Assembly (NCBI GenBank): GCA_029942245.1
Contig: JAOZTN010000004.1
Span: 1-56,497, forward strand
Direction of reading: 5' to 3'
Origin: Bacteroidales bacterium
GTDB taxonomy: Bacteria > Bacteroidota > Bacteroidia > Bacteroidales > B18-G4
DNA: 56,497 nucleotides
Part shown: positions 8,872 through 19,386 of the stretch, one piece after another
Position numbering within the stretch: position 1 is the stretch's first letter
Layout of the letters: every line of letters starts with the position of its first letter
The notes under the pieces: model-generated
What the model was told of the DNA's origin: nothing
The model's database searches: none
Seen by the model: the letters and a program-made list of their open reading frames with translations, nothing else
Program-made: the position numbers and the translations under genes

Positions 8872-11592
8872 ATGATCAGGAAAACCTACCTTCTTTATTC
8901 CGCAATACTGCTATTAGCATTCCTTATTTCAGTTTTAATACTGAACAGGCCAACGAAAAATCCACGAAGTGAATATGAAAAAGAGCTCGTGGCTATGTAC
9001 AAGCAAATCCCGGAAAATGTCATTAAAGAGTCTGAGGGCAAAAATCGCCCCGACAGGCCCGATCTGGCGGCCATGCAGAACTATTTCAGTATTATGGATC
9101 CGGAGCTGAAGGCGGTTCCCGTTGAGCGTCTTATAATGGCATGGGATGAAACCAGCACCATGAAAAATAGCGCCCAGAAACAGGATAATCCTTTATTCTG
9201 GGAGACCGCAGGATCGAATATGGGGGGGCGTACCCGCGCCATTATGTATGACCCCAGCGATGTTACTGGGAATAAGGTGTGGGCCGGTGCCGTGACGGGA
9301 GGATTATGGTATAACAATGATATTACCGACGATGGAAGCAGCTGGGTGCCGGTAAATGATTTTTTGGCAAATCTCTCCATCAGCTGCATTGTGAGCGATC
9401 CCAACAATCCACAGATTTTTTACGCAGGTACAGGCGAAGCCGAAACCGCCAGGGTTATTTACCGCGAATCATCAGGTGTAGGCATGGGCATACTTAAATC
9501 AATGGATGGAGGAGCTAGCTGGGACCGGCTTCTCACAACAAATAACTTTGTGTATGTAACCGATATCCAGATACGGGATGAAACTGGCACCAGTGTGATC
9601 TATGCTGCCGTAGCATCCGGGATATACAAGGGTGCAATACACCAGAGTGGACCATCTAACGGACTTTTCCGATCAGACGATGGCGGACAAGCCTGGGACC
9701 AGGTGTTGCCAAACATACCGGGCACGGATGAACCCTATGCAGTTTCAGATATCAAAATACAGGGTGACGGACGCATCTATGTTGGCAGCATGGAAACCCC
9801 AGAACTTGAAGGCGGAGCCACCATCTTCTATTCTGATGAAGGAACTACTGGCTCATGGACCGTAATTGACACTGTGAGAAACCTTATAGAGGGTCAGACC
9901 TCAGATAATATTGCCGGCAGGGTGGTACTGGTACCTTCTCCCTCAGAGAATACTATCCTTTATGCACTTTTTTCTGTAGGAAATAGTGAAGATTTTGTAC
10001 GATACAGGGGGCGTTTAATTTTCCGTACAATTGACAGTGGAGAGACCTGGCAAGAGGTCTCCCTCCCTGATTGGGATTATGCTACGCTTTCATGGCATGC
10101 GCTTACCGGGGCGATAGATCCGGATGATCCTAATCACCTCTATGTTGGCGGATTGGATGTTTGGTCGAGTAGCAATGCCGGGAACTCCTGGAGCCACCAG
10201 TCTGATTGGTCCGATATGTATTCGGGCGGAGGTGATGATTACGTTCATGCCGACCAGCACGTACAATTGTATAAAGATGGTTCGATAACTGAAATGCTGC
10301 TTGGCAGCGATGGCGGAGTGTTTTATACCTCCAATGCCTCTTCCTCAAATCCTGTGTTTGAAGAAAAGAATAAAGACTACAGCACCCTTCAGTTTTATAC
10401 CTGTGCGATATCACCCATAGCCGGCGATGACCGTTATATTGGAGGTTTACAGGATAACGGTACCCTTTTCTTTCAGGGGGATCCGCTTGATATTAATGAT
10501 ATGATCGATTGGGGTGACGGCGCTTATTGTTTCTGGGATGCCGATGAGCCTGAGATCTTCATTACTTCTTATTATTATAACAGGTATACTGTTTTTGAAA
10601 ATGGCTATCCTGTTGAGCAGGCCGGAGACTACAGCGGCACCTTTATCTGCCCTGCAGATTATGACCATAAACTGAACAAACTATATGCTAATGCATGCAA
10701 CTTCTCGGGTTATAGGGCCGATAAATTAATGAGGGTATCGAATATACCAAACGACCCCTGGCATATATTTGTACCGCTGGGTACAGGTTCTACAACTCCA
10801 TTCACACATGTTAAATACTCTCAACATTCACCGAACGAAACCAGCACCCTATTTGTAGGGGGCCAGACAGGAAGGCTTTTTAAAGTTGAAAATGCTCAGG
10901 CCGTTCCGGATGTGACAGAGATAACCGGACCAGATTTCCCGATAGCCTCTATTTCTTGCGTAGCAATCGGAGGCTCAGAAGACACCCTCATGGTTACCTT
11001 TTCGAATTATGGCGTAAACTCTATCTGGCAAACATATGATGGCGGAGGAACCTGGAGCAGTAAGGAAGCCAACCTCCCCGATCTGCCGGTTCGTTGGGCC
11101 ATTTTCCATCCCGGTGATGCCAAACAAGCAATGCTGGCAACAGAGCTTGGCATATGGACTTGCAATCACCTTCATCTGGCCGAGCCGATATGGTCAACAG
11201 ATATTGAGGGCATGGCTAATGTCAGGATCGACATGCTGCAACTCAGAGAGTCAGACAATACCGTACTGGCGGCAACCCATGGACGCGGACTATACACCAC
11301 CCAATGGATTTCTAATCCATGGGTATCCGTGGGAGAAGCGCCGGAATTACCGGTTGCAGGCATCTGGCCGAACCCTTTCAGTGAAAGGCTAAACCTTCGA
11401 CTGGGCGAACAGATTAATGGCAGGATCGAGCTGAACATCATTGACATGCAGGGACGAATGATTATGCAGGAAAGCCTCGATGGGATGCAAGGAAATTATA
11501 CGATAAATACAGGGCACATTCCTGCCGGAACCTATGTGGTTCGGCTCAACGATGGCCGGCGGTCTTATTCAGAAACAATTATCCATCAATAA
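8872..11592 (+). CDS. BNR/Asp-box repeat (sortilin/VPS10- or GH74-like beta-propeller) protein with T9SS C-terminal sorting domain
   Basis: 906 aa with an N-terminal signal/anchor. It has Asp-box motifs SMDGGASWD, SDDGGQAWD, TIDSGETWQ, SSNAGNSWS and TYDGGGTWS. The C-terminus is IWPNPFSERLNL...GTYVVRLNDGRRSYSETIIHQ. Confidence 0.85.
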   Translation: MIRKTYLLYSAILLLAFLISVLILNRPTKNPRSEYEKELVAMYKQIPENVIKESEGKNRPDRPDLAAMQNYFSIMDPELKAVPVERLIMAWDETSTMKNSAQKQDNPLFWETAGSNMGGRTRAIMYDPSDVTGNKVWAGAVTGGLWYNNDITDDGSSWVPVNDFLANLSISCIVSDPNNPQIFYAGTGEAETARVIYRESSGVGMGILKSMDGGASWDRLLTTNNFVYVTDIQIRDETGTSVIYAAVASGIYKGAIHQSGPSNGLFRSDDGGQAWDQVLPNIPGTDEPYAVSDIKIQGDGRIYVGSMETPELEGGATIFYSDEGTTGSWTVIDTVRNLIEGQTSDNIAGRVVLVPSPSENTILYALFSVGNSEDFVRYRGRLIFRTIDSGETWQEVSLPDWDYATLSWHALTGAIDPDDPNHLYVGGLDVWSSSNAGNSWSHQSDWSDMYSGGGDDYVHADQHVQLYKDGSITEMLLGSDGGVFYTSNASSSNPVFEEKNKDYSTLQFYTCAISPIAGDDRYIGGLQDNGTLFFQGDPLDINDMIDWGDGAYCFWDADEPEIFITSYYYNRYTVFENGYPVEQAGDYSGTFICPADYDHKLNKLYANACNFSGYRADKLMRVSNIPNDPWHIFVPLGTGSTTPFTHVKYSQHSPNETSTLFVGGQTGRLFKVENAQAVPDVTEITGPDFPIASISCVAIGGSEDTLMVTFSNYGVNSIWQTYDGGGTWSSKEANLPDLPVRWAIFHPGDAKQAMLATELGIWTCNHLHLAEPIWSTDIEGMANVRIDMLQLRESDNTVLAATHGRGLYTTQWISNPWVSVGEAPELPVAGIWPNPFSERLNLRLGEQINGRIELNIIDMQGRMIMQESLDGMQGNYTINTGHIPAGTYVVRLNDGRRSYSETIIHQ

Positions 11593-11625
11593 AAAAAAGG
11601 CACCGCTCGGTGCCCTTTTTAATTT
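11591..11625. terminator. bidirectional terminator hairpin between convergent genes
   Basis: AAAAAAAAGGCACCgctcGGTGCCCTTTTTAATTTT. The GC stem is flanked by an A-tract and a T-tract, so it can act on both strands. Confidence 0.75.
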
Positions 11626-11640
11626 TATACCTGCAGTCAG

Positions 11641-13896
11641 TTATTCGACTGACTTCATGCTAACTTTTTTGGTTTCGGCATTCACTGTTTTTACCACCTT
11701 AGGTTTTGGGGTGTCAACAATTGTAAGCTCATCGATCAGGTTCTGGGCTCCCGCCATCTTGTCAATGATGAAAAGCACATACCTGATATCGACATTGATC
11801 GTACGCTGTAAATCTGGCTCAAAAGCAATATCGCCACTCATGGCCTCCCAATTACCGTCAAAGGCAATACCAATCAGCTCGCCTTTTCCGTTGATCACGG
11901 GGCTGCCAGAGTTTCCTCCGGTGATATCATTGGTTGTCAGGAAGCAGACAATCATCTTCTCTTTTCCGTCGACCATTTCACCGTAGCGCCCGAAGTCTTT
12001 GTTTTCAAAAAGCACCTTCAAATCTTCCTCAACAATGAATTCAGCATTTGAAGGATCTTCTTTTTCCATTACGCCGGCCAGGGTGGTATAATAATCATAG
12101 TAAACAGCATCGGCTGCCATATAATCTTCAACCGAACCATAGGTCATCCTCATGGTAGAGTTTGCATCAGGACAATATACCTTGTCGGGATTCATTTCGC
12201 GTAGACCGGCGATGAAGAGCCTGTCGTATTCGCCAATAGTAGCATTGGCTTCGCGATACTGACCCATAACCTGCCCCATCATGTTTGAAAATTCTGTAGA
12301 CAGCTTAAGGGCTGGATCCCTGGCAAGTGTTTTGGCTTTGGGTTTTTCAAGGAAAGCATTGATCTGATCTTCACTTTCAAAGATGGAAGTGTTAAAGACA
12401 TAGTCTGCCAGTGCTTCGAAATTACCGTCCATATCTTCAACCAGCTCAAGAAAATACTCAGGCTGCATGTCGGTAGGAACATTCTTATGATAAACTTCCA
12501 TAAGGGCCTCAAAGGCATCCTTATCGGCAGCTGCGTAATAGTCTTTGAAATGGTCTGCCATTCCGGCTTTCATGCCATCAATGGTTTCGTCAATGATGAT
12601 ATCATTTGCCTTTGATTCGAGTAGCTCAAGCAACTGTCCGTATTGTGCTGCATATCCCAGGATCTCCGGGGAGTTTGCTGCCAGGGCGGTATAGGCCAGG
12701 TTAGGGAACTCTGTAGTGAGTGTAGCATAGCTTTCTTCCAGGTTGTTCAGTACCTCGCCATACTTTTCTTTCCTATCAGGATCGGCGTTGGCCCATGCCT
12801 GAAAAGCCTCTTCTATCTTTTGTTTCTTTTCATATACTTTCAGGCGTTTGAGGCCTCGTATCTGTCCAAGGAAAAGTTTCCATGCGTTGGCCAGTCCGGC
12901 ATATTTGCTGGCATACTGTATCCTGACTGCCTGGTCGACATCCATATGGGTTTTCCATGAGGTGATCTGTGCTTCGAAGATCTCGACCAATACAGGCAGA
13001 AATGCATCAAGCTTATACTGGATACCATACGAGGTGAGATAACGCTCTGTGCCGCCTGGATAACCCCAGATCATGGCAAAGTCACCTTCATCATAACCAT
13101 CGAGGGATACAGGAAGATGATGATCTGGTTTCAGTGGGATGTTTTCTTCGGCAAAGGAAGCAGATTCTCCCTCGGGGCCTGTATATACACGGAAAATAGA
13201 AAAGTCACCGGTATGACGAGGCCACATCCAGTTATCGGTATCACCACCATATTTACCAATCGATGATGGAGGAGCTCCTACGAGGCGAACATCTTTATAT
13301 ACTGTATAAACGAACAGATAATATTCGTTCCCGCCAAAGAAAGAAGATACGCGTGCAGCATATTTTCCATCTTCTTCAGCCTTTTTTGCGAGGCGGGTTC
13401 TGATCTTACGGACCTGAGATCCGCGCTCAGCTTCAGAGAGGGTATCTGAGAGGAACGGAATGATACTGTCGGTCACATCCTCCATCCTTACCAGGAAAGA
13501 AGCAGCCATACCTTCATTGGGAAGCTCTTCTTCGAGGCTCATGGCCCAGAATCCATCCTTGAGGTAATCGTGTTCTATTGTACTATGTGATTGGATCTTG
13601 GCATATCCGCAATGATGGTTGGTGAACAGGAGTCCCTGGTCAGAAACGATCTCCCCGGTACAAAAAAATCCTCCGACACCACCTCCGGAAAGGCCTACAA
13701 TGGCGTCTTTAAGGCTTGAATTGTTGATGCTGTAAATCTCCTCAGCGGTGAGCTGAAGGCCCTTTTCCTGCATATCAACGTAATTCAACCTTTCCACGAA
13801 CATGGGAAGCCACATGCCCTCATCGGGAGGCTCAATGGCCATAGCGGCACTACCAAACAGCAAGGCCGCAAACAATGATAATAATACTCTTTTCAT
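11641..13896 (-). CDS. S46 family dipeptidyl-peptidase (DPP7-type)
   Basis: 751 aa with a signal peptide. The N-terminus EGMWLP...LTAEEIYSINNSSLKDAIV, the FTNHHCGY His motif and the catalytic GGNSGSPV are all present. The residue 18 positions after the catalytic Ser is Gly (FDGNW). Confidence 0.9.
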   Translation of the reverse strand: MKRVLLSLFAALLFGSAAMAIEPPDEGMWLPMFVERLNYVDMQEKGLQLTAEEIYSINNSSLKDAIVGLSGGGVGGFFCTGEIVSDQGLLFTNHHCGYAKIQSHSTIEHDYLKDGFWAMSLEEELPNEGMAASFLVRMEDVTDSIIPFLSDTLSEAERGSQVRKIRTRLAKKAEEDGKYAARVSSFFGGNEYYLFVYTVYKDVRLVGAPPSSIGKYGGDTDNWMWPRHTGDFSIFRVYTGPEGESASFAEENIPLKPDHHLPVSLDGYDEGDFAMIWGYPGGTERYLTSYGIQYKLDAFLPVLVEIFEAQITSWKTHMDVDQAVRIQYASKYAGLANAWKLFLGQIRGLKRLKVYEKKQKIEEAFQAWANADPDRKEKYGEVLNNLEESYATLTTEFPNLAYTALAANSPEILGYAAQYGQLLELLESKANDIIIDETIDGMKAGMADHFKDYYAAADKDAFEALMEVYHKNVPTDMQPEYFLELVEDMDGNFEALADYVFNTSIFESEDQINAFLEKPKAKTLARDPALKLSTEFSNMMGQVMGQYREANATIGEYDRLFIAGLREMNPDKVYCPDANSTMRMTYGSVEDYMAADAVYYDYYTTLAGVMEKEDPSNAEFIVEEDLKVLFENKDFGRYGEMVDGKEKMIVCFLTTNDITGGNSGSPVINGKGELIGIAFDGNWEAMSGDIAFEPDLQRTINVDIRYVLFIIDKMAGAQNLIDELTIVDTPKPKVVKTVNAETKKVSMKSVE

Positions 13897-13924
13897 GTTA
13901 AATGATGATTAAATTTATAAAAGG

Positions 13925-15619
13925 TTATTTCAATCCTACAATAGCGGGGCCCTGTTTAAAGACGATGTCAACAGGGATGTTTGAACTGTTTAGTCTGTCA
14001 AGGTCAGCCTGCAGTACTGGGGGAACCATAGCGGCATCATCCACCCATTTTTTGGCTGCCTTGTAATCGCCATTCCCCTGGATGAAGAGTATTTTCTGCA
14101 TCAGGCTGATCATAGCATCATAAGTTTTGTCGAAATGAACAGTATAGGTTCCATTTTCGTGGCGGGTAAAGGAACCCTGCTCAGCGAAATAATTAAACCT
14201 CATCATATTGGCCTTGCCATGTGAGCTGGCAGCACCAAAACGACTCGAGCGGAAGATACCGGCAAAGAAAGTAACATAATTGTCCATCACCTCACCCTCG
14301 GTGAGTTCCCCCATTTCGTAAAGCCTGGTTACGAGGTAAAGGCCCATGATGTCGGCCTTTCCTTCTTCAATGGCGGAGTACTGTTCTTTCAATACCTCCC
14401 TTACGGTTCCGGTATTATCTATGGTGTTTTTAATTCCCATGGCATGGCCCACTTCGTGGAACATGGTATTTTCGAAGAAAGCAGTAAAGGTGACATATTT
14501 ACGCTGTTCCGGGTCGATCAGTATCTCAGCGATTGGCATGAGGATCTTGTCGAATTTGGCCTGCATGGAGTTTTTAAGTTGTAGCTTCCTTGATCCGTAT
14601 TTCATGTGTACCTCTTCGTCGTTGGGAAGGTTGATGGCGATGGTCTTGCTGGCGGCATTGCAATCACCGGCATAATAGATCACGTCATATGCATTCATAT
14701 CGGCTTTGCTTCCGGGCACGTCTTTTTTAAACTCATCATCCACCGGCAAGCCTTTCTGCAGCTCGGGGAGCATAGCAGAAAACTTTTCGAGTTTCTTACT
14801 CCATTCAATGTCTTTTAAAAGGATAAATGACTCATAGGCAGCCTTGTACCCGTAAAGCGCATCCTCGTAATTCTCGATGGCACCAACAACAAAATCAATC
14901 TTGGTATTTTGCATTTCCATCCAGGCGAAATCACTTGGCTGGTAGTTGTCGGTGATCAGAGCATCTGCCCTGAGTTCAAGATATTTCTTCAGGCCCGGGT
15001 CTTCGGCAAGCTCGGCAGCCTGTTTCAAAAGGTCTGAGGCCTTCAGGAGGTCCTTTGCATACGCCTCATGATACCAAACAGTCATCAATGAACCATTTCC
15101 ATCCCTGCGGATCAATGTATAGAGGTTAGTTTTATTAGGATCATCGAAGGCCTCGAACTCCTCATTCGTCATATCCGGGGGATAAAAGTTTGCACCTTTT
15201 GGCTTCTCCCCGACACCGTAAAACATAGGTTTGTTGTTGTTCAGCCTGTCCCACGGACCATAGTTGATCTTTACAAATCGTTTTACATTTTCATCCGTAA
15301 ACTTTTTGATGAATTTGGTTTTCGGGGAAATGGCTTGTTTCCAAAAAAGGCCGTCCATAATGCGGGCTACCTCGAAAAAGATCCCGACAATCTGCTTTTC
15401 ATTTTCTGACAGATGAGAAAGGTCGGCAGTAAGCTCAAACTGGGCGTAAATGTTGATACGCTCGTTTATGTAGTCTTTTGAGTCCTGATCGATGGTAATG
15501 ACTTCAGGAATGATAGTTTGTTTGTCAACGAATTTTTTGTCTGCCTTTTTCTGCTGGCAGGATACGGCAACTATGGCAAGTACAATAATTGCAGCGAATA
15601 AGGAAATTTTGGTTTTCAT
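13925..15619 (-). CDS. M49-like (dipeptidyl-peptidase III family) zinc metallopeptidase lipoprotein
   Basis: 564 aa with a signal and Cys (AIVAVSCQQ). Zinc motif FHEVGHAMG is followed about 30 aa later by EEGKAD, which resembles the second M49 motif. Confidence 0.65.
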   Translation of the reverse strand: MKTKISLFAAIIVLAIVAVSCQQKKADKKFVDKQTIIPEVITIDQDSKDYINERINIYAQFELTADLSHLSENEKQIVGIFFEVARIMDGLFWKQAISPKTKFIKKFTDENVKRFVKINYGPWDRLNNNKPMFYGVGEKPKGANFYPPDMTNEEFEAFDDPNKTNLYTLIRRDGNGSLMTVWYHEAYAKDLLKASDLLKQAAELAEDPGLKKYLELRADALITDNYQPSDFAWMEMQNTKIDFVVGAIENYEDALYGYKAAYESFILLKDIEWSKKLEKFSAMLPELQKGLPVDDEFKKDVPGSKADMNAYDVIYYAGDCNAASKTIAINLPNDEEVHMKYGSRKLQLKNSMQAKFDKILMPIAEILIDPEQRKYVTFTAFFENTMFHEVGHAMGIKNTIDNTGTVREVLKEQYSAIEEGKADIMGLYLVTRLYEMGELTEGEVMDNYVTFFAGIFRSSRFGAASSHGKANMMRFNYFAEQGSFTRHENGTYTVHFDKTYDAMISLMQKILFIQGNGDYKAAKKWVDDAAMVPPVLQADLDRLNSSNIPVDIVFKQGPAIVGLK

Positions 15620-15726
15620 ACTCAGGTTTTAGTAAGGATTCTTAATGCTGCGAAAATAAGAATATTTATTCACAAGCAATTCGTGGAATCTGACAATAAT
15701 GGGATAGGACTAGTCGGTCATCTGGT

Positions 15727-16812
15727 TTAATTCAGGGGAACCTTAATCTTTTCGTCTTCTGTGATCCCTGAAACAAGCTCTATATTAATACCATCAGAAA
15801 GACCTAGCTCTACAATCCGCTTTTCAAACACCTGGGGCGTGGTTTCCACTTCCACAAATGCAGTGTCGCCATCGAACTGTATTACACTTTCGGGCACTGC
15901 CAGCACGCTGTCGACCCTGGCCAGAACAATATCCGCGTTTGCGCTATACCCCGCCCTTATAAACTGGTCGTTTTGCAGGCTTACATCGGCCTTGATCTCA
16001 AATTGGATGGCACCGTTTTCCTCAACACCCTTAGGGGAGATATGCTCAAGTATGGCATCGAAGCGAATATCTTCGATGGCGCCGATCTGCAGTATCAGTG
16101 GCATTCCCTCATTAATTTTTCCAACCTCGGTTTCATCGATCTTCCCCTCGAAGACCATTTCATTCATGTCGGCAATGGTGGCTATTGTAGTACCGGCATT
16201 AAAGGTGTTGCTTTCTATAACCGAATTTCCCTGTTCGACAGGTACCACGAGCACCATACCAGTAATTGTTGATCGTACCAGGGTGTTCGTTGATTTCCCG
16301 GTAGCCTTAGTCTGGCCCTCCTTGATCAGCTCAAGGTTACTTTGGGCGGAGCCAAGTTCCTCCAGGGCATTTTCATACGCGAGTTCGTATTGCTCAAACT
16401 CTGCTGCGGGGATCACACCATCCTCATACAGTTCCTTCTGGCGGTCATATTTCCGCCTGGCATTTTCAAGCGAGATCTTAGCACGGTTTTGCCTGGACTC
16501 AGCATTGTTCAGGTTAACCATATTGGGGATGATCTTGATCTTTGCAATTACATCGCCCTCCTTTACCATCTGGCCGGGCTCCACGCTGATCTCTTCAATG
16601 ATACCGGAAACCTTGGGCGTGATATCGATCTCTTTCCTTGGATTTACCGAGCCGGTAGCTACTGTTTTCTTGATGATGTTGGGAGCCACGAAGGCATTCG
16701 TCGTTTCATAAATCACCGGAACATCTTGTGATTTTCCGTATAAATAGTAAATCGTAAAGCCGAAAATACCAACAATGACTACAATGATTAGGATTCTGAA
16801 AAAGGCTTTCAT
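15727..16812 (-). CDS. efflux transporter periplasmic adaptor (HlyD/MacA-like membrane fusion protein)
   Basis: 361 aa with an N-terminal anchor, a lipoyl-like motif, a coiled-coil hairpin (ARRKYDRQKELYEDGVIPAAEFEQYE) and beta-barrel segments. Confidence 0.85.
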   Translation of the reverse strand: MKAFFRILIIVVIVGIFGFTIYYLYGKSQDVPVIYETTNAFVAPNIIKKTVATGSVNPRKEIDITPKVSGIIEEISVEPGQMVKEGDVIAKIKIIPNMVNLNNAESRQNRAKISLENARRKYDRQKELYEDGVIPAAEFEQYELAYENALEELGSAQSNLELIKEGQTKATGKSTNTLVRSTITGMVLVVPVEQGNSVIESNTFNAGTTIATIADMNEMVFEGKIDETEVGKINEGMPLILQIGAIEDIRFDAILEHISPKGVEENGAIQFEIKADVSLQNDQFIRAGYSANADIVLARVDSVLAVPESVIQFDGDTAFVEVETTPQVFEKRIVELGLSDGINIELVSGITEDEKIKVPLN

Positions 16813-16837
16813 TTTAATTATGTCTTAAGTTTTACAT

Positions 16838-18103
16838 TTATTCATTTCTAAGCGCATCGATAGGCTTCATGCTAACGGCTTTATATGCCGGTATCACCCC
16901 TGCCAGTATACCGGCAACAACAAGCACTTCAAGGGCCTGTATTGCTGCCGAGAAGTTAACCTCTGGATTTGTAAACATACTGTCCTCCGCTCCGGATGTC
17001 AGCAGCATATAGTTTACTCCCTCAACGACCCCAACACCCAGCACCAGTCCAATATAGCCGGCAATTGTTGTCAGTATCAGTGATTCCATGATCACCTGTG
17101 AGATCACTGTCCATGGAGTGGCCCCAATGGCCCGCTGTATACCAATTTCCCTGGTTCGTTCTTTTACAATAATCAACATGATATTGCTTACCCCGATCAC
17201 CCCGGCAAGCAGCGTACCAATACCCACAATCCATATCAGGCCTCGAATTCCCGCAAACAGGTTTGTCATTTTTTGAAATTCGTTTTCAAGGTTGAAAGAG
17301 CCCACAGCCCTCTCATCGTCGGGGTGTATGGTGTGCCGCTGGCGAAGCAGTGCTTTTGCTTTTTCCTCAACTACTGATACTGGTACATCTTCCTGTGATG
17401 TAATGGAGTAATATCCGACAACATCTCCGTAGTTATAAGTTCTTTGCAGGGTGGTAAAGGGAAGGTATATGACCTGGTTTTCTCGCTCACCACGATGTGG
17501 CTTTGTCGATTTGAATATGCCAACTACTTTAAAATACACCCCCTGTATGCGCAGGTATTGTCCGATGGGGTTTTCGTCCGCTGCAAACATTTCATTTTTG
17601 ACACGGTCGCCGATGACGCAAACCTTGCGGTAATTTGTGATATCGAGCACATTGATAAACCGTCCTTCACTCATCCCAATAGGGTCGATCAGGTTATATG
17701 CGGGATAATCACCCTGAATGGTGAAGGCGCCCGTTCTTTCACCGCGGACCACATTATTATTACCACCACCACCCCAGCCCTGTATTCTTGGGCCAATATG
17801 TTTGATCTCTGAAATGTTTTCAAGAAGCGCCTCGGTATCGCCATTGCGAAAATTATAATGCCTGCCCCTGTCGAAGCCTTTATATGGCATGGTGGTGCGC
17901 TGGGTCCATATAAACACACTGTTGGTGGCCATATCGCCCATATCCCGGCCAACAGCATTTTCCAGGCCGGAACCGGAACCCATCATGATCACCAGCATGA
18001 ATATGCCCCAGAAAACCCCAAAAGCAGTGAAAAAGGTTCTTACCTTATTCTTCTTCAGGGTGCTGAAGATCTCTTGCCAGCGGTCTGCATCAAATACTCT
18101 CAA
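16838..18103 (-). CDS. ABC transporter permease, FtsX/MacB-like
   Basis: 421 aa with the topology TM1, a large periplasmic domain, then 3 TM. It has a conserved FtsX-type C-terminus (IVKERTREIGIQRAIGATPW). Confidence 0.9.
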   Translation of the reverse strand: MRVFDADRWQEIFSTLKKNKVRTFFTAFGVFWGIFMLVIMMGSGSGLENAVGRDMGDMATNSVFIWTQRTTMPYKGFDRGRHYNFRNGDTEALLENISEIKHIGPRIQGWGGGGNNNVVRGERTGAFTIQGDYPAYNLIDPIGMSEGRFINVLDITNYRKVCVIGDRVKNEMFAADENPIGQYLRIQGVYFKVVGIFKSTKPHRGERENQVIYLPFTTLQRTYNYGDVVGYYSITSQEDVPVSVVEEKAKALLRQRHTIHPDDERAVGSFNLENEFQKMTNLFAGIRGLIWIVGIGTLLAGVIGVSNIMLIIVKERTREIGIQRAIGATPWTVISQVIMESLILTTIAGYIGLVLGVGVVEGVNYMLLTSGAEDSMFTNPEVNFSAAIQALEVLVVAGILAGVIPAYKAVSMKPIDALRNE

Positions 18104-18146
18104 TTTCAGTCATTTATTGGTTTTCAAAATAGCCACAAAGGCTTTA

Positions 18147-19376
18147 TTAATCATCTCTGAGCGCCACTACTGGTTTTACCGATGCTGCTTTGCGTGCCGG
18201 CACAAATCCTGCCAGAGCTCCGCAGAAGATCAGGATCAGGGTGGCAGCAATAGCCACCTGCATATTAACTTCCGGGTTGGCGAAATAATCAGTTTCCGGC
18301 AACAGCCCGGAGAGCAGCTCCAGCAATCCTACACCCAGAACAAGCCCTACATATCCGGCGAAAGACGTAATTAAAATCGACTCTTGCAGGATCAGGCTTA
18401 TGATCGACCAGGGTGTCGCCCCCATGGACTTCCTGATGCCGATTTCTTTCGTTCTTTCTTTTACAATGATCATCATAATGTTACTTACGCCTACGATCCC
18501 CGCAATAATGGTCATTATGCCAATTATCCAGATAAAGAAGCGGATGCTTGAAAAAAGTCTCATCAGGTTCTGATAATTTTCAATACTGTTATATACAAAG
18601 AGGGCCCTGGGGTCGGCCGGGTCAAATACCATTGTTTCAGAAAGGTCTTGCTTAATGGCTTCAATCATTTCCAGGCTTTCTTCAACGCTGGCGTCTCCAA
18701 GGTTAAGCAGAATACTGCCCACCCTGTTTTGCATATTAAATACCCTTTGAGCCGTTGATAGTGGAATATACACCCTGCTGAGGTCGCGATCTCCCCCCGG
18801 GTCGTCAAATGTACCGACTACCTTGAATGGAACCCCGCTTACCTTGATATATTTTCCCACCGGATCTTCGTCCTTAAAAAGGGCCTCATCAACAAGCTTT
18901 CCAAGAACCACCACCTTGCGGTAATCATCTTCATCGATCTCATTCAGGTATCTTCCCTGCATAATGATCAGTGATTCGACATATTTATAATCAGGGCTCA
19001 CGGCATAAATGTCGAAGTTCCCAAATTCGTTTCTGTAGGATAGCGTATTGTTGGCCCATACTGCCGTTCTTCCAGAGCTTTTATCTACACCCTCCAGCTT
19101 AGACAGCTGTCCTTTCTCTTCATTGGTAAAACGAAGCCTTCTGCCGGGCTTCATTCCCTTATATGGCATGCTTGTGATACCGGCATTAATCGATAAATAG
19201 TTTACTGCATCGCCCTCAAACTCTCTTTTTACGCCGTTTTCGAGTCCATAGCCCGAGCCCAGCAAAATAATAAGCATGAAGATACCCCATGCAACGCTAA
19301 AGCCCGTTAACAAGGTTCTTAGTTTGTTTTTACGGATGGTGCTGAAAATCTCCTGCCATTTATCAAGATCAAACAT
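18147..19376 (-). CDS. ABC transporter permease, FtsX/MacB-like (paralogue of previous)
   Basis: 409 aa with the same architecture. Motif IVKERTKEIGIRKSMGATPW. Confidence 0.9.
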   Translation of the reverse strand: MFDLDKWQEIFSTIRKNKLRTLLTGFSVAWGIFMLIILLGSGYGLENGVKREFEGDAVNYLSINAGITSMPYKGMKPGRRLRFTNEEKGQLSKLEGVDKSSGRTAVWANNTLSYRNEFGNFDIYAVSPDYKYVESLIIMQGRYLNEIDEDDYRKVVVLGKLVDEALFKDEDPVGKYIKVSGVPFKVVGTFDDPGGDRDLSRVYIPLSTAQRVFNMQNRVGSILLNLGDASVEESLEMIEAIKQDLSETMVFDPADPRALFVYNSIENYQNLMRLFSSIRFFIWIIGIMTIIAGIVGVSNIMMIIVKERTKEIGIRKSMGATPWSIISLILQESILITSFAGYVGLVLGVGLLELLSGLLPETDYFANPEVNMQVAIAATLILIFCGALAGFVPARKAASVKPVVALRDD

Positions 19377-19386
19377 TCCGAATCAC

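Noticed and set aside
15761-16711. 316-aa plus-strand ORF, rich in Ser, Thr and Ile
   Set aside because: It lies entirely antisense to the well-supported membrane-fusion-protein gene. Its composition is low-complexity and it has no recognisable motifs, so it is a shadow ORF.
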